The notes under the pieces were generated by a model. That model was not told the DNA's origin. It did not search any database and was given only the letters and a program-made list of their open reading frames with translations. From Octopus sinensis (lineage: Eukaryota), in NCBI RefSeq assembly GCF_006345805.1, contig NW_021824004.1, forward strand, positions 1 through 20,369: DNA of 20,369 bases. Direction: 5' to 3'. Made by a program: the position numbers and the translations under genes. How positions within the stretch are numbered: position 1 is the stretch's first letter; every line of letters starts with the position of its first letter. Positions 9,850 to 20,369 of the stretch are shown here, one piece after another.

Positions 9850-10078
9850 ATATATAGTACCTGTATACATATAAACTTTTATTGAAGCTGAATAACTTCA
9901 CCTTCAATAAATTTGTATTTCACTCTATGGGTTGGCATTGAATAATTTTTCACCATTTGATGTGCCTGCATATACATACATGCAAACACCACACAAACAC
10001 ACACACACACATGGTTACATTTAGACATACATACATATATATACGTATATAGAGAAGCACATACATAGAAACAAATAT

Positions 10079-10120
<42 letters not shown>

Positions 10121-11480
10121 TATATACCCACACACACACATATATGTATAGATACATATATATATATATATAATATAAGAACATGCTGTATGTTTGTCTC
10201 TTTATGTATAGGTGTCTCTGTGTAAAACATTCAAGTCCTAGAAAAGATATTTAAAAACCCAAGCGTATTGAATCAAAATTGACATATATACACAATACAC
10301 GCAAACAGAAATAATATATATATATATATATATATGATACATATATATAATATATATACATATATCTATATATAAATGCATATATATGAATAAAATGTAA
10401 ACATACATATTGTAATGTAGCAATATATTTATATAAATGTGTATGTATTGATATATATGATATAGGTAGAGATGCATATATATGTGTATGTGAACGAGCA
10501 TTATATACGATTATGTGTATGTATGTGTGTGTGTGTGTGCGTGTGTTAATAGCGTATATATCTGTGTATATGTATGAATGAATTTTTATATATCACCCTA
10601 TATATATGCATACAGATATACATACATTCACTCATATATACATACATATATACACACATATATACACATACACCCGCTCTTCATCCCTATTATCATTCTG
10701 ACAAGAATATAGAAACCTTTTGAAATAAAACTCAAGAAAGAAACAAAGCAAAATTAAAGAAAAAACAAAAACAACGCACCAACCCTTCTTCCTAGGATAT
10801 CATAAACCACTCCCCCAGCGCCCCCACCCATCCACCCATTATTCTTGCCTAATTCTGCATATTATTTCGTCTTCAAAACCTGTATTTGTTTATACATTCA
10901 TGGAATTCACAATATCCTGTTCGGAATACAAAATACTACTTGATCCAATGTTTGTCAATGAGATATGTCAGCGAGAAACAAGAAAAACCGCCATTTTTAA
11001 GGCTGAGAATCATGCTTTTCGCTTCAAGATTTTAACTCATTATTTATTTATTATCATTTTTTTTATTTACTTTTAGGTTTATTTATTTTTATATTTATAT
11101 ATTCATTTGTTTATTTGCAATTGTTTATATTTTTTTTATAAAGTTAGTTATTAGTTTTGTAGATTCACTGACGTTCGCGTTGGTTTTTGTGTATTTTTTG
11201 CCTCATATCTGTACGAATTTCATTTATATAATATATATATATATATATATTGTATTTTTGCTTCGGCGTGTGTGGGTGTGAGTGTATGCATCTACGTACG
11301 TGTGCGTGTGTGTATAAATGCGTTTGTGGGGAAGATGGGTGTAAGGGGAGCTTGACAAGGCTTAATTTTTCGGGAAAAAATGTGTGTGCGAATATATTAC
11401 ATTTTCATTGAACAGAGAATAACAATATATGTTAACTTCAACGTTTGCAAGTATAATATATCGTCTATACATACATACAT

Positions 11481-11526
<46 letters not shown>

Positions 11527-11659
11527 TTATATATATATATATATTATATTATACACCTACACAATACGAATCCAGCCATTCATCCATCAACATATATATC
11601 TATGTATGATAAATAAAGTTTCCAGTACGTTTCGTCTTCCGTATCATCATTTTGGAAGG

Positions 11660-11695
<36 letters not shown>

Positions 11696-11849
11696 ATATA
11701 TACGCGTATATATATGATACTTACCAGAGCATGACAGCCATGAACTTTGTCTATATAGACGTATACATACTCAAGCATATATATTTGGATCAATATTTAT
11801 GGATAAATATATATGAGAGACTCATATATATATATACATATATACATAT

Positions 11850-12350
11850 GCAGTCAGTCACTCTTCCTAGTTATCCTAGTGATACAAAAGTAGTACAGTC
11901 GGTCAAGGACCCTGATGACATACTAAAACTGCAAAATGCCCTGAATGCAATATACAAATTGTCTGATGAACATGAGATGTAGTCCTATGCCGAGAAGTTT
12001 CGAGCACTCCACTATCGGCCCACGAACACTGCAATCGGGATGCACAGGACGAGAGTGTAGGTCCACATGAGTAATGATGTTTCATTCCATGGTGGCAGCA
12101 CTGTACAGGCGAGTCGCTGGATGGGTTCATAGATCATTCAGAAGCAGAAATAAAGATACATGTTGCTCCTATGGAGAAGTTTCGTTCTCACTCATCTGGA
12201 TTGCTGCTCCCGACTGTGGTCGCCGCAGAGCGCCAAACTGGGGGCAGTACAAGACCACTACACAAAGAGGATGGACTCCATGAAAGAGATGAGCAACTGG
12301 GAGAGGCTAAAGGAACGGAAACTCTACTGTCTAGTGAGAAAGTATAAAAG
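11850..12350 (+). pseudogene. LINE (CR1/L2-group) reverse transcriptase remnant
   Basis: SYPSDTK (decayed YADDTK)...LQNALNAIYKLSDEHEM, then MLLLWRSFVLTHLDCCSRLWSP...VQDHYTKRM..MSNWERLKERKLYCLVRKYKRY, typical of CR1-type RT C-termini. Broken by stops and deletions. Confidence 0.85.
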
Positions 12351-12352
12351 AT

Positions 12353-12405
12353 ATTTGGTGGACGGAAACTGAAAGAAACCAGTCGCATATGTGTATGTGT
12401 GTTTG

Positions 12406-12441
<36 letters not shown>

Positions 12442-12446
12442 TGTGC

Positions 12447-12496
<50 letters not shown>
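12353..12496 (+). mobile_element. Family B SINE 3' end plus (TG)n
   Basis: ATTTGGTGGACGGAAACTGAAAGAAACC matches ~8911-8939 and is followed by a (TG)n tract. Confidence 0.75.
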
Positions 12497-12498
<2 letters not shown>

Positions 12499-12782
12499 TG
12501 TTGTTCGCTTTCGTTCCATGCTAACACTTGACAAAGGGTTCGAGTACATTTTGTTTACTTTTAAAGTGCCTGTTCCATCGGTCATTTTCGCTCAACTACA
12601 AGATTACAGGGAAGTAAACAAACCAGAACCGGTTATCAAACTGTGTGGCGGACGAACACAGATACAATGACACACCCGTGCGCGTGCACACACACACACA
12701 CACACATATATATTATCTGTGTGAGTGAGAGAGAGAGAGAGTGTGTGTATGTTTGTGTGTGATTGTGCATGTGTGTGTATAT

Positions 12783-12924
12783 GACGGGATTCTTTCAGTT
12801 TCCATCTACCAAATCTACTCACAAGACTTCTAGTCGGACGGAAGACATTCGCTGAAGGTGCCATGCAGTGGAACGGAACCCGGAACCATGTGGTTGGAAA
12901 GCAAACTTCTTACCAGACAGCCAC
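12783..12924 (-). mobile_element. tRNA-derived SINE, family B
   Basis: GACGGGATTCTTTCAGTTTCCATCTACCAAATC...GAACCCGGAACCATGTGGTTGG...CAGCCAC, collinear with the other copies. Confidence 0.87.
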
Positions 12925-13304
12925 ATGTGTATATATACACACATACACAAACATACACATGACCATAGCGACTGCCGACCTTAGCGATTGAGTTTTGCCC
13001 TTTGTAAACATCAAAGCAGCAATACACACACACAATTCCCTTCCACCACCACCACCTCCACTGATATATAATAACAAACACAGGGTAAGTCAATGCCCTG
13101 GCGGTCTCTTTACACTTGCCGTTTGATTACATTCGAACTATCGGTTCCTGCTGAGATTCGAATGGATATCAATAATGCTCAGCAGATATGAAAATAGTGT
13201 GAGAGGGAAGTCAGTGCAAAAACTGCGTCACATTTGTAGAGGACATACTGCAATGGCTGACCTGAAACCAGAACAAGACTCTGGTACGATTTAATTCAAT
13301 ACAG

Positions 13305-13339
13305 ATATCTATCTATCTTTCTATCTATCTATCTGTTAC

Positions 13340-13404
<65 letters not shown>

Positions 13405-13431
13405 AATCTATCTATCTATCTGTCTATCTAT

Positions 13432-13500
<69 letters not shown>
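13305..13500. repeat. (ATCT)n / GATA tetranucleotide microsatellite
   Basis: Direct read. Confidence 0.97.
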
Positions 13501-13528
<28 letters not shown>

Positions 13529-13567
13529 TGTTGGGGGACAAACACAGACACACACACACACACACAT

Positions 13568-13604
<37 letters not shown>

Positions 13605-13607
13605 TAC

Positions 13608-13766
13608 GACGGGCTTCTTTCAGTTTCCGTCTGCTAAATCCACTCACAAGGCTTTGGTCGGCCCGAGGCTATAGTAGAAGACGCTTGCCCAAGGTGCTAC
13701 GAAGTAGGATTGAACCTGGAACCATGTGATTCATAAGCAAGCTACTTACTACACAGTCAATCCTAC
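13608..13766 (-). mobile_element. tRNA-derived SINE, family B
   Basis: Best preserved copy; includes CORE-like CTTGCCCAAGGT. Confidence 0.88.
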
Positions 13767-13886
13767 ACCTATATATATATATATAGCATTTAAATAATGA
13801 GGGAGATAAATTGAATATAATATAATTAATATCAATTTAAAACCAGTAGCCTTGCAAATAAAAAATCTGAAAAATTTGATTTTCTG

Positions 13887-13977
<91 letters not shown>

Positions 13978-14135
13978 ATATATCCACACACATATACACC
14001 AAAAGAGGAAAAGGTGAGCGAAAGAAAAAGGAAGAGAGAGCAAGTGGGTGAGTAGGAGAAGAGTCTTATCTATTACGGAAATAGCCTCACTCCAGTGATT
14101 ATAGAGAAAAGATTGAGAAATATAGATATATGAGC

Positions 14136-14166
<31 letters not shown>

Positions 14167-14435
14167 CCGGTATGTATGTGCTATATGTGTATGTATATAT
14201 GTGAGCCTATATGTATATGCACCCATATATATGTATGTATATAATTACACACACACACATGTATATATAGCTATGTATACACATGTATGTATATATATCG
14301 TCATCATCATCATCATCTAGGCAAACAGACAAACAGATCTCTGTAAATAAAGCTAACAGCCATCACCCAAGTTCCATTGTATGCAAGACTTAATTTCCAC
14401 AAAGTAATTATTTCCCCCGCAAACAACAAGTCCAA

Positions 14436-14436
14436 C

Positions 14437-14525
<89 letters not shown>

Positions 14526-14568
14526 TATTATTATTATTATTATTATTACTATTATTATTATTATTATT
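14436..14568. repeat. compound (ATT)(ACT)(ATT) microsatellite
   Basis: Direct read. Confidence 0.97.
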
Positions 14569-14759
14569 AAAAAGCTGTATGAGACTCAGCGATCTGTGAC
14601 TCGCTAAACTCTTCATTTATCCATTGCTGTCGACTCTTCGTTTCATAAAAAGAAGTTCGCTCCACACGTCGTTTATCTATTATTTTCTGGGGTTTTTTTT
14701 GTACTTTTTATTCGCGCTGAATACTTTCTCTAAAAGCTATTTGATTTATCTCCCTTTTT

Positions 14760-14795
<36 letters not shown>

Positions 14796-15050
14796 TTAAA
14801 CACAAAAGTATATTAAATATTATATTCTATGGTTTTATATTTTTTGTTGTTTTTTTTTGTTTTACATTCTGCCTGATTCTGTGTTTGGCTTTGTTGCATC
14901 CTACGTATGGAATGCAGAAAACTGCTCTGCCATAAAAATATTCCATTTTGCCTATGCGCAGGCGTAAAATACACACCACCAAACATGCGCTAATAGATAT
15001 TATATATACATATATGTTTGTGAGTGTGTGTGTTTGTATGTATGTATATG

Positions 15051-15064
15051 TAATAATAATAATA

Positions 15065-15127
<63 letters not shown>

Positions 15128-15139
15128 TTGATGATGATG

Positions 15140-15191
<52 letters not shown>
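15051..15191. repeat. compound (AAT)(GAT)(AAT) microsatellite
   Basis: Direct read. Confidence 0.97.
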
Positions 15192-15192
<1 letters not shown>

Positions 15193-15502
15193 TCAAAAGC
15201 ACAGAGTCAGTTGGTATTTTACAAAAAAAAATTAAGTAAAATCCAGAAGACAGAAGAGCTGTAAAAACAGATTAAAAATTTGAGTAAATAATTTTAGAAG
15301 ACGGGGAAGAAAGCGACCAGCAAGACCCTACGGAAAAATGTACCCTGTACAACTGAAATTCTGGCTGAGCGTTCTGTACCATGAAGGTAAGGGATCCCTT
15401 TTATAATGCTAAATAATAACTTTTGGAATGTGACATAAGGGGATATTCAGCACTTTGCAAATTTCCCACAAAATCCATTTAATATTCCAAGGAATATTGA
15501 TT

Positions 15503-15597
15503 TATTGGTTTCAAATTTTGGCACAATGCCAGCAATTTCGGGGTTGGATGTAAGTCAATAACATCGACCCCAGTGTTCAAATTGTACTTACATTATC
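15503..15597 (-). mobile_element. Family A SINE 3' fragment
   Basis: Reverse complement reads ...ACTGGGGTCGATGT...TTGCTGGCATTGTGCCAAAATTTGAAACC, matching ~4950-4980 and ~5795-5808. Confidence 0.75.
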
Positions 15598-15834
15598 CAT
15601 TGTAGTCTAGGAGCGAGGTGGGAATCGATTACCACCAGGCGAATTGATGAGAATACCCTCTCTTACGCCAATAAGCGCAACCTACACACGAACAAGCAAA
15701 CTTCATACCTCGTGAATGTGTTCGATATTGTATATCTGCATGTATGCATGTATGTATGTATGCATATATGTATTTATGTATGCATGTATATATGTATGTA
15801 TGTATGTATATACATATATATCTATATACATTTA

Positions 15835-15901
<67 letters not shown>

Positions 15902-16262
15902 TACACCCTGCCCACATATATATATATATAGAGAGAGAGAGGGATAGATAGATATAGATATATTTATATATATGTATGTGTATATGTACATGTGTGGATG
16001 TGTGTGTAGATGTTCGTGTGCATGTATGTAAGGGCATATTTCTATGTATATTCACACTTTCTTCCCCCACACCTTGCCCCCACGCCTTTCCCGTCATCAT
16101 AATCCTGACCAAACTCCCTCCCACCCCCTCCGAACCCCTTCCCCCTTCCAATACGAAATCCAACACAGGGGAATGAACAGTTATTGCCTTCACTAATCTC
16201 CTTCATATGTTTCTGGCAAAATATATTAGCTCGGGCTTAACTGTGTCAACCATGGAGCCGCT

Positions 16263-16680
16263 TGTGGTGACGACGGTGATAAGGGCGGCGGTGGCCGGGT
16301 GGCGGCGACGGTAGTGGTGGTATTGCTGGTGGTGGTGGTGGTGGTGGTGGTGGCATTGCTGGTGGCCTCAATGGGGCTGGAAATGTTGATGGTGGCTATG
16401 TCGATAGTTTATGATGGTGGTAGTGGTCAGTGGTTGTGGTGGTGGTGGTAATTTTGATAGAGGTGATGGTGTTAGTGGTGGTGGTAGAGGTGATGCTGGT
16501 GGTGTTAGTGGTGGTGGTGGTGGAGGCATTGATAATTTGGGTAGTGGTGGTTGTCGCAGCGATGATTGTTGCTAGTATTGTTGTTGTTGAGGAGGGGGTG
16601 GTGGTGGTGGTTCTAATAGTTGTGGCGTAGATGATGACGATGATGATGCTTTTGTTGTTTTTGCTGGTATTTGTAGATGG
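16263..16680. repeat. degenerate (GGT)n low-complexity tract
   Basis: Direct read. A similar tract lies at 18794-18895. Confidence 0.9.
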
Positions 16681-17614
16681 ACGTAATGGTTGAAATGCAT
16701 GTGTTGCTGACCATAAGGCTAATCCGTATCCCTTAACCATTTCAATCAATACCTTTCTTCCAGCCGTGACAATCCTGTCTTACTTCTACGCTGAATTAGT
16801 TCCAAGACCACGCCGTTTCACTAAGGTATTTTAAGGGTGATATAGCTACTACTTCTAGCAAATCACACGCCTCGATCGAGGCTCATGTAATATTCCAATT
16901 ATTTCAGATAAATTAGCAACAACAGGTGTTGTAGTGAATGAAGCAAGACTATGTCGAAAGGCAGTCCAATCGTGACCATCCAGTCCTTATGTATTGAATC
17001 GTAATATAAATATATACAGCAAGCATTTATATAAATATCCAAAACATACGATTATATTGTTATATCCGTCTATCAGTCTGTCTGCCTATCTATTGATCTA
17101 TCTATTTATCTATATATCTGTCTATCATAGATGACTAAAAACACTTCACTGCAAACTTGAAATTGGAATTTTTGTCTAAAATTAATCTAGCTTTAAAATT
17201 AATAAGGCTTTCCCCCAGTTAAAAAATACTATGTCTACTCATAATAATAAGTGATAGGTTTTTTTTCTCTAAATTACACTCTCTTTGAATGGGATTAGGA
17301 CCATTTGACATTGACCTAGTTTCTCTCATCAAATAGCAGTAATTGGCATTTATTAGTGGCAATTGCTGTCTTCAACATGAATTCCTTTTACGGAGTTCTG
17401 AAACCTCCTTTACCCCCATTTCTACAATTAAAAAAATCTTTATTGCTTCTAACCTTACAGCAGTTAGGAACAACCATATCTTAGTCAGTCAGTGGAAGGA
17501 CTTCACTACTTCATATGTTCTTAAAATTTAAATCCACATCTTTGTCTGTATATCTACCTTCTCTATAATGTTGCCACTTGATTTGAAAATTTCTGTATTA
17601 ATGGAAAACCTCTA

Positions 17615-17710
17615 TAATTGGCTGATGAGTACTCAGCATCTTAAATCTGTTGTTGCAATACTTACAACATTTAATAAAATGATGTAGTACGAAACGATCG
17701 TACCAAATTA
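17615..17710 (+). ncRNA. Type I hammerhead ribozyme with extended stem II
   Basis: Stem I TAATTGG 17615-17621 / CCAAATTA 17703-17710 (one bulge). CTGATGA 17622-17628. Stem II GTACT 17629-17633 / AGTAC 17686-17690 with further pairing inside. GAAA 17691-17694. Palindromic stem III ACGATCGT. GUA triplet, predicted cut after 17702. Confidence 0.87.
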
Positions 17711-18189
17711 CCGAGTCATTCTTGTTGCTTATTTTGATTATATATATATATGTACATGTATATATATGTATGTGTGTATAAATATATATATATATATAAT
17801 ATATATTATATATATATAATATATATATATATATACATACACACAAACACACACAAATATATATGCGTGTGTGTATAGCTATACATACATGTTTATCTGT
17901 GAGTGTGGTGGGGTGGGGGTTTTGTGTGCTTAAATGTTCGTTATCCAATTCGAGTTTCCTTCTTTTAGAAACATTGTACTCTGAGAGACATTTGGCTGTT
18001 ACTTTTTGCGGCTGCGGCAGCCATGTCGAAGGTCGTTCTTTGACTAAATGGTCGTGCCTTATTGTTGTATTGATGGTGGTGATGATGAGGAAGGAAGGGA
18101 ATAAGAATGATGGGGATGAAGGTAATGGGGCTGATGATGATGTCGACAACGATTGTGGTTGTGGTGAATGTGTAGGTGGTAAAAAGCAT

Positions 18190-18386
18190 GGAAGAGGAGG
18201 AGGCAGAAGTGTGTAAGGAATAGGAGGAGAGGTGTAAGGAAGAGGAAGAGAAAAAGGAGGAAGAAGAAGAAGAGGAGGAGGAAAAGAGAAGGAAAAGAAG
18301 AAAACGAGTAAATGGAGAAAATGAGAAAAATGAAGAAAAAGAAAAAAAGAAAATGAAGAAGAAGAAGAAGAAGAAGAAGAAGAAGA
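18190..18386. repeat. purine-rich (GAA/GGA)n tract
   Basis: Direct read. Confidence 0.92.
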
Positions 18387-19241
18387 GTGTGAATTATTGA
18401 GGGTGGCTACTTTAATAGATTTTCCTCTCACCCCTCCCTCCTACCACTCTCCTTATACACAACACTCGCACAGTCATACACACATACACACACACAGAGG
18501 TCAGATTAACTCAGTCGATTTCGTGACGTTATCATAATCTCAAATAAGAGGAGGTTTCTGAGACAATCTAGCCGTGTCTGTTGGGGTGGACGTGGAGTGG
18601 GGACAGAGGGAGGGATGGAGGGACGGGTGTGGTGTGACGGAGTGTAGTGATGGGGATGAGATGGGCCCGAAGAAGAACAAATAGATGTAAATTGTAGAAG
18701 AGCAGATCAGAGTGGATTAACGTGTCTGTTTCTTTATAAATGTTGAGATTAAGTAAAAAGAAAACGGAAGAAAAACAGGAAAAATAAATGTAGATGGTGG
18801 CAACGGCGGCGGCGGCGGTGGTGGTGATGGTGGTAGTGGTGGTGGGGTTGTGGTTGTGGTGGTAGTGGTGGTGGTGGTGGTGGTTGTGGTGGTGGCATTA
18901 TAATTATTATCATCGTCGTCATCATCATCATCATCATCAAGAGTAACAACATAAACACGACCATTAGCATCATATCTTCATCACTTTCTTTACCACCACC
19001 CACACCACCACTACTACTATCACCATCATCATTACGATCATCATCATCATTCACTATCATCATCACCGTAGTCGACATCGTCGTCGTCGTCATCTTTATC
19101 GTTTTATCCTCCACAGCCACCAACAGCATCATTAACTTCATTTTTGTATTGAGAACGATAACTGGAATAACAACAATATTAATTTGAACTTTATCACATT
19201 CTCACCTTTTCTATTTCTTTTTACATATTTTACACAATTTG

Positions 19242-19421
19242 ATAACAACAACAACAACAACAACAATAACAACAACAACAGCAATAATAATAATAATAAT
19301 AATGATAATAATAATAATAATAATAACAGCAAAAGAAATAATAATAACAACAACAACAGAAATAATAATAATAATAATAATAATAATGACAGCAACAACA
19401 ACAACAACAACAACAACAATA
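19242..19421. repeat. compound (AAC)/(AAT) microsatellite
   Basis: Direct read. Confidence 0.96.
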
Positions 19422-20369
19422 ATATACTGTATTTTATATAATATATTGCATTTTATATTTCATTATATTACTTGGTATTATGTTATCTAATATTATTATT
19501 ATATATATATTTATATATGTATATTTGAATATATATATATATATATATATATATTGCAATATGTGTGTGTTCTATGGCGTATTCCATTATTCGTAATATT
19601 TTTATATTACTTGTTTAGTTGAAGTCGCTAAACCTGACTTCTATCTCTTCCAATCATATTTTTAATGAACGCCTTACTGCCACTTGTGCGATAATTCTTC
19701 ATTTTCGGACATCGGACATCGTTAGAATCACCCACCCAAACCGCCCACTGCACCAAACACACCCACACTCACCCAAGCACCCCCTCACACACAACATATA
19801 CACACGCACGCTACCACGCACGCTCTTGGACTCGGTACACCTTCCCCCTTTCGAACGTGCTCGTCATACAAAATGGTGACCAACGGATGACCGATTGAAA
19901 TCACATGAGTGTTGCAAGTCCGCTCCGAACAATTGTGGCTGAATGAATATAAATAAGCGATTATCAAATTCCTTTTGTTGTAATACAGACAGACAAACAG
20001 AGAAAGAAGCGAAACAGAGAGAGAGGGGTTTGGGCAGAAATATATAAACATATTAAGAGAGAATACAGACGAGAAAATAGTGGATGGGGAGATTGAAAAC
20101 GAGGCTGTTAAAGGAAAGGAAGGGTGGATTAGAGCCACAGTGACAAAATGGTACCGTGGTTCAGAATACGTGAAGAGAATAATTTCCCCGCTGGAATCGT
20201 CGCAGACTCAGCACGTTAGGTTGTTGACCACAAAACTAGGATTATATCCAACATGGTTAGAGTCGCTAAAATTCATTGTCCAATGAAATATGGCAGTTAC
20301 AAATTATATCGTTGATATATCGACCGGCACGCCATTTTCTCGTCAGTTCTTTTTCCGTCATCTTATCTC

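Noticed and set aside
15341-15362. TACCCTGTACAACTGAAATTCT resembles mature miR-10 (seed intact, about 17/22 by my comparison)
   Set aside because: The downstream sequence pairs only patchily, so there is no convincing pre-miRNA hairpin, and real miR-10 is far more conserved. Small-RNA reads would be needed to revive it.

Overview
AT-rich, microsatellite-saturated eukaryotic non-coding DNA with no credible intact protein-coding gene. The SINE families and repeat load suggest a coleoid cephalopod, probably Octopus; this is recognition from memory, not a database hit. Most listed ORFs are translations of (TA)n/(CA)n/(AAT)n repeats. Real content: two tRNA-derived SINE families plus a third SINE, a decayed mariner transposon split by nested insertions, a CR1/L2-type LINE reverse transcriptase remnant, and short unique islands with promoter-like motifs. 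The main discovery is a set of non-coding elements next to (TA)n that carry type I hammerhead ribozymes. The best one (2781-3414) is a 486-bp, highly base-paired unit with a 31-bp terminal direct repeat, a ~115-bp inverted 5' copy, and a hammerhead with an unusually long stem II. A second, sequence-distinct hammerhead of the same design lies at 17615-17710, and an old palindrome with two decayed hammerheads lies at ~6722-7179. These look like Penelope-like-element pLTRs or non-LTR retrozymes (candidate circular RNAs).
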